A DNA stretch of 50,976 nucleotides from Girardia tigrina. Taxonomy: Eukaryota. Under the pieces are notes generated by a model. The model was not told where the DNA came from. It searched no databases and saw only the letters and a program-made list of their open reading frames with translations. The stretch lies in the NCBI GenBank assembly GCA_001938485.1, contig MQRK01212308.1, positions 59,145 to 110,120 of the forward strand, read 5' to 3'. Position numbers and translations under genes: made by a program. This document shows, one piece after another, positions 12,297 to 24,136 of the stretch; the stretch's first letter is position 1; every line of letters starts with the position of its first letter.

Positions 12297-13074
12297 ACCA
12301 CGTTTTTATTAGCTTGCTTTCTTGTCTGTCTGTTTGACTGTCTGGAACAAATCTTGCGATTGATTTTTCGACCACGTTTAGTCATCCAATTCAGCTGAAA
12401 TTTTTTATACAGACTTGCTTCCGATGACAATACAATTTGATTAAAAAAATTTTGAAAAAAAAAATTTTTTTCTAATTTTTTTGCAAAAAACCACTTACGA
12501 TTATCTACAAATTTATACACTGTATTAAATAGCAATCTTTTCGTTTATTTTCATGAATGAAGTTTTATACAGGCTTGCTTCCAATGACAATACAATTTGA
12601 TAAAAAAAATTTTTAAAAAATTCCTAAATGATTACTAAAAATAGTTAAATAATATTATTAATAAAAAAATTTTTTTATAAAAACAACCACGTTTTTCAAG
12701 CATTACCAATGCACTAAAAAGAGGAAAATAATTNNNNNNNNNNNNNNNNNNNNNNNNNNNNNNNNNNNNNNNNNNNNNNNNNNAGCATTACCAATGCACT
12801 AAAAAGAGGAAAATAATTTTTTCTAGATATGTGAGAAATTTTATACCTAACCAAAAACGTGGGGCATAGAAATAATCGATTGTTACTAAAAAGCAGTAAA
12901 GAAGAAATAGCAGTTACTAATAGCAGTAATTCAGAAATCCGCCCCAAGTTTTTGGTTAGGTATAAAATTTTTCACATATCTAGAAAAAAATTATTTTCCT
13001 CTTTTTAGTGCATTGGTAATGCTTGAAAAACGTGGTTGTTTTTATAAAAATTTTTTTTATTAATAATATTATTT
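12297..13074. mobile_element. Non-coding insertion in Gypsy RNase H; Helentron/DINE-1-like, with a long inverted repeat
   Basis: Splits AITFMVKT|KKPITAQ at a T-run with no clear TSD. Contains ACCACGTTTTT/AAAAACGTGG inverted motifs, GTCT repeats and a CAGCTGAAATTTT motif. Inverted arms about 12647-12866 and 12941-13074. Confidence 0.6.
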
Positions 13075-15125
13075 GTTTTAACCATAAACGTAATTGCCTT
13101 ATGATGCGTTCTCAAAGTGAATCGCTTCCCGTATAAATAATGATTAAAATGTTGACAGAAGTAATACATTGCCAACAGCTCCTTCCTAGTAATGCAGTAT
13201 CCTTTTTCATGATTATTCATAGAGTGTGAACCATATGCAATAACTCTCTGACGTCCATCCTTGTCTCTTTGGGATAATACTGCTCCAATCGTATCGAAAC
13301 AGGCATCAGTGTCCAGTATAAATTCTTTCTTGAAGTCTGGGAATCCTAGAATCAGTGGTGTTGTTAAAGCCTCTTTCATCTCTGCAAATGCTACATCACA
13401 TGCGTTTATCCATAACAATTTCTTCTTGTTCAATCCACACAGTTGTTCCAATGTCTTGGCCTTTGTTGCGTAGTCCTTAATAAATCGTCTGTAATAATTG
13501 CAAATTCCAAGGAAACTTCTTAGATTCTTNNNNNNNNNNNNNNNNNCAAATGTCTTTATGGCTTCTAATTTAGATGGGTCCGTCTGTATACCTTTATCAT
13601 TAATTACATGTCCCAAAAATTTAACTTCCGTTTTTAAGATATGGCACTTTTCCGGATTAATTCTTAAGCCTACTTTCCCGATTTGGTCCAATACTTTATT
13701 CAAAGTTTCGTAATGTTGTTCCAACGATTTTGAAAATATAAGAATGCCATCTAAATATACCACTGTCTGTTCTGTCTCCAAGCACCTTTGCCATGAGTTC
13801 CTGAAACGTTCCCGGTGCCGCTGCTATACCAGAAGGCATTCTATTGAAACAAAATTGTCCTAGCTTTGTGAAAAGTGCTGTTTTCAGCTTTGAATCTTCC
13901 TCTAGTTCGATCTGGTAGTATGCATTGCGTAAATCAATTGATGTGAAATATCGGGTTCCATACAATCTGTCCATCATTTCTATCATATTTGGCATAGGAA
14001 ATGTCTGTCTCCCGTGACTAGTTTTAGCTGTCTAAAATCCAAGCAAATTCTAACATCATTCTTCTCTTTCTTCCATACACAAATCATCGGTGTATTCCCT
14101 GGTGAATTAAATTTCTTAATAATGTTGTTTTCCCACAAATTCTTAATAGTCTCATCGATCTTTTCTTCCAGATTAACTGGTTGCCTATGTGGTCTAAGGT
14201 TAATTAGAGGTCCTTTCGTGTCTATTCTATGTTTAATCATCGTCGTACATCCGATANNNNNNNNNNNNGCCATAAAAACTCCTTGGTGTTTTTTAACAAT
14301 ATCCACAATCTTTGGTTTATCTGCAATTTTCATAATTTCCATGGCTCTTTTGAATCTTTCCTCGTTTGTAACCTTACGTTCAAATTTGGCTTCTAAGTTG
14401 TTCGTTCACACCATTTTCTTTCTTTTTCCAATGTAACTCGATTCCAAATGCCATCTGCAGTTCTATTCCTTCTATTATGTCTGGTTTTACGTCATTTACT
14501 ACAATGAACGTTATATTTCTCCGTTTTTCTTTAATTTCTACGTCCACTGAAATTTTACCCATACAATCTAGTTGACTACTGTTCGCACAGTTTAATTTAA
14601 TATCTGCCTTTTCTAATTTTACGTTCGTTAGTTTCTCAAAAATCTTTCTGTAGATTACATTTACTCTTGCACCTGTGTCTAATAAACAATCCTCCACGTT
14701 ACCTTGTATCATCAACTTTATACTCGGCCGGCCTTGCATTCTCACACGATATATTTTCTGCTTTCCATTCATCTATTGACAAAATCCTGGCATTTTCTTC
14801 TGTGTTCTCTTCTTCAATTGTTCCCACTAAACATCGTCCAAGCTAGTCCTCAAAAGTTTCTTTCTTTATAAATTTCCGTACTTTATCATTTACTCTTGCT
14901 TTCCTTATCTCAACATTCCTTTCATCGTCTATCACTACGTCTATAATATTTGATATATTACTTCTTCTCCGGTAAATCTTAGAAATAAAATTGATAAAAG
15001 TCAATTTCATTGCTAAAACCATTTAAAGTTATTTTAGATTCATTAGACTTTTGTAAATTTTCTAAGGTTCATCAATTTTAAATTTCAAATTTTTGTTAAG
15101 ATTGATTTTCCACTTTTTAATTTAA

Positions 15126-15540
15126 CTACATGTAAACTATTAGTGTATGTAATTTCTGCCAAGGGAAAAATATTGATGCTGTGATCGTTTCCTTTCCATC
15201 ACCATCGTTGCCAATTTCTACTGGTGACTCCTTGATGTTCTCTGAAAAATGTCCACCAAGGTACACTTCACACTCCCCTTCACCTATTTTTGGAATTGTT
15301 TTCCTAAATATCTCTATAGTGTCATTTACGGTGTGAGGTAGAACAATATATGCACACTTGCTGGGTCTGAATTTGATTCTTAACACTTTGCTTAGTTCAA
15401 CAGCATTAAAAAACAAGTGTCTGCATATTGTTTATGTTATTCGCCAACAATATCAAGTCATCAGCATACGCCACACAACTAACTCTGTGATTGGCAATCA
15501 TAAATTCTCCTTGACTTGCTTTGTCAAGTCCAATCAAATG
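15126..15540 (-). mobile_element. Reverse transcriptase fragment of an RLE-type (R2/NeSL-like) non-LTR retrotransposon
   Basis: CVAYADDLILL, KFRPSKC, YLG and PWQKL motifs. Confidence 0.75.
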
Positions 15541-16060
15541 AGCAACTTGATGATGAGGTTAAGTAGCCATCCTCTGATGAAAAAACATCAGAAGATGAGG
15601 AAGGCTATAAGGTATATAGGGAGGTGGAAACGATCAGCAAAGCTAGTGGTGTAGGCGGAGGCTGCACGAAAAGCACTCCGGTAAAAACCATGGCACCGAT
15701 CACCAGCCATGCGAATTTATAAAGGACTGAACGGGTACTTTTGTCCACTGATATAAATAAAAAAAGATATATTCAATTTGTTTTTTATTTATTCCTTTTT
15801 TTGATTTAAAATTTCTAAACTAATTTTTACACATAAATGCTTTTGGTGTTGTACATGAAAAAAATAAAACAAAACCAAATTTGTTTTAACGATTTTCAAA
15901 CTAAATCTATCATTAAAAGACATGCTTGAAAAACGTCCGGACTCTTACAAACTTGCAATTTTCAAAGCAAACAAAGAATATTTATTGATATATTCTTTAA
16001 ATAACAGAAAGTATAACATTATTTAAAGTTAAAATTTTATGAAAAATAATTCATATAAAT

Positions 16061-16273
16061 CAGTGGTGGCCAACCTTTTTTGCGCCGCGACACCTTTTTG
16101 TAAACGGAAAAATTTCGCGACACCCATATGCCTTTGCATTAAATTTTTGGTGAATTGTTACATTTGGTGAATTGTAACAAGGCGTTAGTAGTATGATAAA
16201 ACAATTACTTACGCGTAAAAATCTTTTTAAAAATCACCCTAGGGTGTTGTGATACCCAGTTTGGCCACCACTG
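16061..16273. mobile_element. hAT (Charlie/Buster-like) MITE
   Basis: TIR CAGTGGTGGCCAA..TTGGCCACCACTG; perfect 8-bp TSD ATATAAAT. Confidence 0.92.
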
Positions 16274-16961
16274 ATATAAATGATTTAAATAATCTTTGAG
16301 ATAATAAAAGTTTTTAATTTTCTTTCTTTAGAAATTAATAGTGTAATTCAACAAAGAATGAAGTCAATGCTTAAAAGATTGGTAAAATTAAAATTGCACC
16401 CACTGTGAGTTTATTTACACTGCTTAAATAAATTACTGTAACTCTCGAAATCATCAAAACTCGAATCTAAATTAACAATATAATCATCTAAATATATCGG
16501 TTGGTGTCTATTCCTCTGAGATTGTCATTGGACGATTGTTACTGCTGAATTCAATCACCCTTCAATATCCCAATACATCTAGTCTCGAATTCTCAACTGG
16601 ATCCGGCTGTTATGGTCCGAGATCTACAACACATCAAGGGCTACTGAAACCGTCACAACTTATCCTTTTAGACACTATCATTTTTACCTGGAACGCGTAT
16701 TCGTCAATCGTCTAGCCGTCCAGAAGACGCATACCAAACAACTGGCAGTACGCTGAGCACCTAATTAATCCAAACTAATTGTTCAACACTCTGAAAACCT
16801 CTCTACATGAACTTTGCTTCTTCTCATCCAGCTCCATGAGATCCTATATGCCACTTCTGCTGACAAAAATGGGAGATACGGAGCCAGCTCACCAATCCAT
16901 TGAATTTTCATTATCATCGCAAACTTCTTGTAATAGACCTCAAAACTCAAGTATATTGGAA

Positions 16962-17070
16962 CCCGTATTTTAACGTGACCCGCGCTCCACTAACAATCTA
17001 TCAAAAACGTATAAATACGTGATCCGCTCTCTAGCATTAATTTGCTAAAAACGTATTAATACGTGATCCG
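16962..17070. repeat. Three diverged tandem ~43-bp units
   Basis: Recurring cgtat..a.acgtga.ccg core. Confidence 0.6.
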
Positions 17071-17459
17071 ATTACAATGTGTTAATAATCAAACTTTAAA
17101 TTAATAATATGACTGTTGATTTTTTTTTCTAAATGGTTAACCTCTTGAATCACTGTACTGGTAAAGATGAGTAAAAATGTTTGAAAATACTTTTTTCAAA
17201 GGACTTCAATCTATTAGATTGATTTCAGTAAAACTAAATGCGCTTACTTCATCTAATTTTGAAGGTGATGCTGCAAAGATTCGTTCTTTTAAATATAACT
17301 GTTAAGATTTTGGAGTTCACAAATATTTGACTATTGTAATTAAAACTTGTAAAATGAAAATGTATTTTTTTAAAAAGTTAAGATATTCAAATCGATTGAA
17401 TTAACGAGTCGGCTAATAATTAAAATTTATTATTTATAAAACATTCAGATTCTTTAAAC

Positions 17460-17796
17460 CAGAGGTGTCAAAGTGGCGGCCCGCAGGCCACTTGCGGCCC
17501 TAAGAGGTAAATCGTGCGGCCCGCGTCAGAAGTCTCACAAATCTAAATAGAACCACAGAGTAATTTTACATAACAGTGACTTAATTTTCACTAAAAGCAT
17601 AAACAGCTAGTGTTATTATAGTACTGTAGCATGGTTTCTTTTAGAATAAATGTTTTTTTTGAATAAATGTTTTTTTTATACTTAGTTAAACAGTTTTTTC
17701 TGTGTTTGATAATGTACTTGACATTTACATTGTGGCCCGCCGTTGCATTTCTGTTGTATCAAGTTGCCCGCACAGCAAAAAGGTTTGACACCACTG
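17460..17796. mobile_element. hAT (Charlie-like) MITE
   Basis: TIR CAGAGGTGTCAAA..TTTGACACCACTG, GGCCCGC subterminal motifs, perfect 8-bp TSD CTTTAAAC. Confidence 0.92.
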
Positions 17797-18696
17797 CTTT
17801 AAACAATACATTTTTAATAATACTCATATAATTAATATTTTCATAACTTCCCCTCTGACCCTAGAAGTTCGTGTATTCTTAATCCTTTCAAAAGTCTTTG
17901 TATCATTCTGCCTACTGCTACATTCTTTTATTGTAGTTGATGAGGGATATATATTTTGTAATTTCAAATTTGACCTTCTTCAAACTTTTTATTTGTTTTC
18001 TTCTCTCTCTCCTATTGTTCCATACGGTTTGCAGCTTTTGAGAATTTTCTTTAACGTCCTTTTATTATCTTCTCCATTTTCTCTGAGTGTCACTTCTCTT
18101 GCTTCATGCAAATTTATTTTCCCCTTAAAAATAATTTTAAAAAGAGAAAATCCTGTTGTATTTTACACATTTGCATTAAGCAAAAACTCAATTTTTGGAA
18201 TTAATTTCCACCATGTCTGACTAATTTTCCCTCCATCGGTTGTCGCCAACATATCTCGCCCCGTCCCAACGCATCGTTATTTTAGGCCAATAACTTGATG
18301 ATGGAACAGGCTACTGCATCGATGTTCAATCCCATATTTTTGACAGAATTCCTTGAACTTTGCACCAATTAAATGAGTACCGTTATAGATTAAAATTCTT
18401 TTCGGATTGCTAAATCTACAAATCCATTAAACAAGGAAACATAAAATTTCCGTATCTTTGAATTGTGTTCTTATTTCAATTAAACTCACTAGTTTTGAGA
18501 ATTGATCAACTACTACTTATAAATACAATGATTTGAATTTCTATATTCAATATAAGCAATATTCATTACCAGTTGTTATAAAAATCATCACATTTAATTG
18601 GGATGAGTTTTTCTTTTGTTTTCTCTGTTAATTACTTCCTACAAAGGCATTTGTCAAACTCTCCAATAACTGCTTTTCATTCATTAGTCAATTCTA

Positions 18697-19162
18697 TAGA
18701 CAAGGCCAGGTGATCCTCCTCCATGACAATGCTCGACCACACACCGCAAAAACTGTCAAGATGGCACACCAAGAGCTCGGTTGGGAGGTCTTTCAACATC
18801 CTCCCTATTCCCCAGACCTCGCCTCGACGGATTACCATCTCTTCCGCTGCCTTTCAAATGAAATGAGGGGTCTTAGCTTCGAAAATCAGGATCATCTTGA
18901 GAATTGGCTCAACAACTTCTTCGAGACTCGACCTAAGGATTTCTGGCGAAATGGAATCAACAANNNNNNNNNNNNNNNNNNNNNNNNNNNNNNNNNNNNN
19001 NNNNNNNNNNNNNNNNATTGAAGTGTTATTATTTTTGCTGTTAAAATTTTATGATTTCATTAAATATATAATTAACTGAGTCATTATTTTGGTTGTTAAA
19101 ATTCTTTGATTTCTTTGAAAATAAATGTTTTAAAAACGTCGGGAACTTATACAACAACCCAA
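18697..19162 (+). mobile_element. Mariner (DD34D) transposon 3' fragment with right TIR
   Basis: ILLHDNARPH..HPPYSPDLASTDYHLF; terminus GGGAACTTATACAACAACCCAA followed by TA. Confidence 0.92.
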
Positions 19163-20450
19163 TAATAAAAAAATGAGGCTATATATAGCATTTAGTTTAT
19201 TCATACTCAAACTACACAAATCAACATGGATTCTTTTCACAAACTTTTTTTTGATACTTTTTGACGCTAATGGTAAAAAATCATTGCCCTCTAATCACGT
19301 AAATAATCCTTCTTTTAATATCAAACCATCCTCCAACTATCCGAGATTCCCCGTTTCTGGTTATTTATCCTCTTGTCTAGCATTCTTTTTAATTTCCAAA
19401 TTTCCTCGCATTTTTCTTGTTCATCTTTGATCCATGTCAAAGTAGATTGAATTATCGCAACTGAATTAATATTTTTCTCTTTGGCTTTCTTTCTTTTAGG
19501 TCTTCATGTTCAGTTTCATCCTGCTCTCATTCATCCTGATATAATTGCGACAATCCATAAGCATTCCCATGATTTTCATCTTTCCGGTATTCCAGCGTAA
19601 AATTGCAATCTACTATGTTATCCAGCCAAGTTTGAAATTGAGAAGTTATTGGTTTTGATGAAACTTTCAAATACATCAAAGCCTTTTGATCCGTTCCTAC
19701 TGTGAACTACTTACCATACTGATATTGTTTAAAATACAACATAAATTCTTGTAGCGCCATAAATTCATATCTGGTCACAGACTATCCTTTCCTGAATGCC
19801 TATAATGTTCTTGAAGCATAAACTATCACTTTTTCATCTTTACATGCCTTTTGACTTAACACTACTCCAATTTCTCCAAATAAAGCATTTGTATCTAGAA
19901 TAAAATCTTTAGATGAATCCACAAATGCTAATACCAACAAAGCACAGAGTTTATTCTTTAGCTGAATAAAACTGCCTTAACATTCCTAGGACAAAAATAT
20001 CTCCTTGCATTCTTCTTTACCTGCTTCATACAATTGCGCTGCTATTTGCGCATAGTTCTTAATGAATTTTCGGTAATAATTTGCCAGTCTCAGGAAAGCC
20101 CTTAAATTTTTGATGCATTTTGGAACCTGAAATTTTTGAAATTCTTTTATCTTCCGTTTATTTATCGATATTCCATTTCTGTTTATTGAATGGCTCAAAA
20201 ACATCAATTATGTTACTCCAAATTTTTACTTTTCTGAGTTTATCTTTAAACATTCTTTTTTTTATCTGTCGATTAATTCCTCCATTATCTTCACATGTTC
20301 TGTCCAGGATTCGGAATAAAATAGCATGCCATCCAGATAAATAACTACTCCTGTAAACAATAAATCCTCAAATAATAAACTCATCATTCTTTGAAATATA
20401 CCAGGGGCTGTAGATAACCAAAAGGGAACCATGTTAAAACAATATCGCTT

Positions 20451-21026
20451 TATGAGGAGGTATTTAATTTAGTTTGCTGATCAAAATTTAAATGGTTGTA
20501 AAAATTATTTTGAACTGAAATCAAATTGAAAATTTTAAAAATTAAGTAGAATGATAATTAAATACTTTAACTTTGAATTTAAAGATATTTTTTATGAATT
20601 TATTTGATTAAAATTATTATTTTAGTAAAAAAATAAATGGATTAAAAACTTATAACAGATAAAACAGTATTTTTAAAAATAATAATTTTATTTGAATTTT
20701 ATTAAAATCTGTAAAATTTATTTTTCAAATTTTGAAATCAATAATTAAAAAAATATTGAAATCTAATAAAAAATTAAATATTTAAAACAAAAATATTGAA
20801 TATTAAATATACTTAAATTAATAGTTTTCTTAAATATTTAATAAAAATTTTAAAATTAAAAATTACATATTATTTTGATTTGGTTTAAAATAAATTTGAA
20901 AGTATTGGAAAATAGAGATCGGTGGATTAATTACAGATTTACGAAAAAGTTGAATAATTTTTATTAATAAATATATAAATTGAGTTAAAATGACTTCTGA
21001 TATTGACTTTACAAATACTTCTCACA
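20451..21026 (+). mobile_element. Solo LTR (TATGAGG...TCTCACA family, diverged subfamily) inserted in a Gypsy RT
   Basis: Termini are homologous to the 10008 and 28671 LTRs. The RT reading resumes on both sides. Imperfect TSD (cgctt/gtctt). Confidence 0.75.
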
Positions 21027-21203
21027 GTCTTAGTATATAAAGCTGTTTCTTCTGCTAGACTACATCAAATGCGACACATATGATTTAAAATTAAAATTGC
21101 TTATAACTATAAACATAGGGCACATTTCAAATGTAACGATCATTTTTGGTTAATATGTATTTAAAAAGTCACGCTTTACTCTTGCTGTTGATATATTTTT
21201 GGT

Positions 21204-23109
21204 CGGTACGTGACGTTTTGGCGCCGCCGTTTTGGCGCAGGTCGTTTTGGCGCGAGGTCGTTTTGGTGCTACCATTTTGGCGCTGTATCAATTGTTGCAA
21301 TTTTAATTAAAAATAGGTAATCAAAATTTCATTATTGACAGACCATATGTATATTTAAAATCTCCAATAAAATTCAATATTTCCGTATATATTTCCGTAT
21401 ATAATTCCGTATATATTCCCTAAAATAGTTTTTTTTTAAAAAACAAATGGAAAATGTTCAGTCGAAGCGTGGAAAAGAAAAATTTACCCACGGAGGATAC
21501 CTTTATGTTTTCGATAAGTTTAGCTCAGACGCTTCCAAGAAGTTCTGGCGATGTGAACTGAAAAACGAATGCAAGGCTCGTTTACACACGACTGTCGATA
21601 ATGATCGTGTTCTGAAGCAGATGAACCAGCATAGTCACGGAAGTGATGCAGCGCAACTTCGAACTGCCATGATAATAACAGGAATCAAAAGGAGGGAAAT
21701 AGATAAGGCAATCCAATTGGAGGGCAATCCATCAGTAATCCTCAACAGTGTTCTCCAAGGAACCTCGAGTGCCGTTCAAGCGAAGATGCCAAAGAAAGAC
21801 GACATTCGCAAGGTTATTCAGCGTTTTAGAAAACACAATCAAGCAGCTCCTCCACAACCGGTCGATCGAGCTTCAATTATCATTCCGGATGCATACAGAA
21901 TTTACAAAGTCTCACCAGATCAGATGGAAGAATTTCTTTTATGGGATTCCGGAGAACAAGATGAAGATCGTATTTTTCTCTTTGCCCGACAGTCGAATGG
22001 TGATTGGAGTAACCAAATGGACAGACTGTATGTGAATGGAACATTTAGCTTAGCTCCTGCTCTTTTTGCACAGATATATGTAACCATGGCAAACGGAAGA
22101 GGATTTGTGCTACCGGTTCTATATGCTCTGCTACCGAAAAAAGAAGAAAGAACATACCGACGATTGTTTGAAGCCATTAAAGAATTGTGGCCATATCTCA
22201 ACCCATCGTCAATTTCTGTTGACTTTGAACAGACCGCAATTGTAGCTATTCGGGCTGTGTTTCCGAATTGTGCAATCCATGGATGCCTCTTTCATTTGAC
22301 GAAGAACATGCGGAAGAAGCTAGCAGAGGAAGGTCTGCTTAGCCCATATAACATCGATCCTGAATTCGCTTCGTCTGCCAGAATGATAGTCGCTCTCTCC
22401 TTTATTCCAATCGAAAACCTTGATGGTGCTTTGGAGGCACTGGAAAACGAAATTATGGAGGACCTCACACCAATAATAGATTGGTATGGGCATGTCTATA
22501 TTGGACGCCAAAGTCGTAACCAGACTCGACGTCGTGCATTATTTCCCCCTCATATGTGGTCTGTCTTTGAGAGAACTGTGAATGGAGAGGATCGAACCAA
22601 CAACTATGTGGAAGCAGCACATCGAAGATTGCAAGCCGAATTCAGGGTGGATCATCCAAACATTTGGAAATTTATAGACGGCATTCGAGGTATTCAAAAA
22701 GGACGTGACCTTATATATGAGCAATTCGTTCGTGGAGATCAACCGCCTTTAAAGCGCAGAAAATACGTCGCTGCAGATGCCAGGATCAGAACAAATGTTG
22801 GGACTTACAGTGAACGAAACATCATCGAGTACCTTAGAGGAATCGCTCATAATTTTTTGATGGACTAATAAACACGGACTTTTGATTTAATAAAAAATGT
22901 TTGAGTAAAATGTTTTTTTAAGTATCTTTTTTTTGAGTATCCATCTGTAGAAAACAGATTTTTTATAAACGTAGAGTTGACACAGCGCCAAAACGAACTT
23001 GCACCAAAACGGCTTCGCGCCAAAATGACCTTGCGCCAAAACAGCGGCGCCAAAACGGTCGCGCCAAAACGGTCGCGCCAAAACGGTCGCGCCAAAACGT
23101 CCTGCTTCG
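21204..23109 (+). mobile_element. Full-length MULE (FLYWCH-type) DNA transposon
   Basis: 9-bp TSD ATTTTTGGT/ACTTTTGGT; inverted arrays of ~15-bp CGTTTTGGCGC / GCGCCAAAACG repeats at both ends; internal transposase ORF. Confidence 0.92.
21447..22868 (+). CDS. MULE transposase, 473 aa, uninterrupted; first catalytic Asp replaced by Asn
   Basis: FLYWCH finger (FWRC..CKARL..HSH), LYVNGTF (normally DGTF), SVDFE, GCLFH, RTNNYVEAAH. Confidence 0.9.
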   Translation: MENVQSKRGKEKFTHGGYLYVFDKFSSDASKKFWRCELKNECKARLHTTVDNDRVLKQMNQHSHGSDAAQLRTAMIITGIKRREIDKAIQLEGNPSVILNSVLQGTSSAVQAKMPKKDDIRKVIQRFRKHNQAAPPQPVDRASIIIPDAYRIYKVSPDQMEEFLLWDSGEQDEDRIFLFARQSNGDWSNQMDRLYVNGTFSLAPALFAQIYVTMANGRGFVLPVLYALLPKKEERTYRRLFEAIKELWPYLNPSSISVDFEQTAIVAIRAVFPNCAIHGCLFHLTKNMRKKLAEEGLLSPYNIDPEFASSARMIVALSFIPIENLDGALEALENEIMEDLTPIIDWYGHVYIGRQSRNQTRRRALFPPHMWSVFERTVNGEDRTNNYVEAAHRRLQAEFRVDHPNIWKFIDGIRGIQKGRDLIYEQFVRGDQPPLKRRKYVAADARIRTNVGTYSERNIIEYLRGIAHNFLMD

Positions 23110-23119
23110 ACTTTTGGTA

Positions 23120-23990
23120 ACTGAAATTATGCAACATTGGCTTTAACTTGATTTTTTGATGAAGTCATTAAAATGGTATTTGTTAGGAATTAATAGTAAA
23201 CGGAAAATTTTTGAAATAGACAATCGAAATTAAGTTAAATTAGTTAATTAAATATAATTTTTTAAAATACCGGTTTAACAAAAAAATAAAACTTTAGTAA
23301 TTTAGTTCCTTTTTTTAAGAAATAATTAAATAAATTTATTAAAAATAAGTTTAATGTAAATTAAATAAAAAACAAATTGTTTTAATAATTGGCAGAATTT
23401 TTCCGGGAATTGTAAATCAGAGTGGAAATTCAGAAATCAGAAAATTATCAGAAAATCAACCAATCCATCAATTTTTCAATATCCGATAATTATTTGTAAT
23501 TATTAAATATAATTTAGTAATGGATATTTGTTCTCCGAGTGGTGTTCCCACAGATTCTAACAGTATTTATTGAAAAGTTTCTCGGGTGCGATAACCCTCA
23601 CTGAAGATAGAAATATTGAAACGTAAGTCAATAGATTGGCATATTCAGATGATCTATGTATTATTGATGCCGATATTGAAAGTACATGTATAAATCTGCA
23701 TTTGGATTGACTATAACAGTAACCAAGACGAAAGTCATATGTCTCACTGATGATTCGGGTACGAGAATATTGCAAGTTGAGTGTGGTGAGACCTTCATAG
23801 AATGGGGGAAGGATTTCTGTTATCTTAGCAGTAAAAAGATCTCCAGAGGTAGCTGAAGTATGTATAAAAATCAACTGATACGCTACGAAATGCGAAAGCT
23901 TAAACAGTTGCAACACGCAATGCATATGCCATATTCATATATGATATATTTCCTCGTATAGCGATCCTTTATCTCGAAAATGTGTCCAAA
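23120..23990 (+). mobile_element. Decayed RTE-like LINE RT fragment, interrupted by a solo LTR
   Basis: FNLIF-DEVI, LAYSDDLCII, AFGLTITVTKTKV and FCYLSS across frameshifts. Confidence 0.65.
23181..23562. mobile_element. Solo LTR with canonical TG...CA ends
   Basis: TGTTAGGAAT...ATTCTAACA; perfect 5-bp TSD GTATT. Confidence 0.85.
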
Positions 23991-24136
23991 AATAGGTTTT
24001 CATCTTAACCGTATTAAAAATTTGTTTAAATTATTAAAAACTTGATAAACTTTTATACATTTGAAACAATTAAAGATTTGACTTTATTTAAATAAGTTAT
24101 CATTTTCCAATGTTCGTTGAAGAAAAATACAATTTT

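Larger units (their letters stand above)
10008..14970 (-). mobile_element. Gypsy/Ty3 LTR retrotransposon, 5'-truncated and degenerate, with 3' LTR and two nested insertions
   Basis: Protease LLDTGA (14380-14772), RT (13696-14342; YLDGIL), RNase H DTDAC..IAYGSH..RKELLA (13005-13781), integrase with D..D..E and GPY (10304-11161). PPT AAAGAAGGGGAA at 10317-10328 abuts the LTR at 10008-10316. Domain order PR-RT-RH-IN. Confidence 0.93.
17845..21100 (-). mobile_element. Highly decayed second Gypsy pol (RT-RNase H-integrase), interrupted by a mariner piece and a solo LTR
   Basis: Broken frames give ETALYTK|RYCFN..LSTAPGIFQRMM, LRAFLRLANYYRKFI, NADGL-like, VVDQFSK and GNPKRIL..FKEFCQKYGIEH. PPT-like AGAGGGGAAG near 17850. 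Confidence 0.75.

Noticed and set aside
15540-15750. Possible self-cleaving ribozyme next to the RLE RT fragment
   Set aside because: I could not build an HDV or hammerhead fold by eye.
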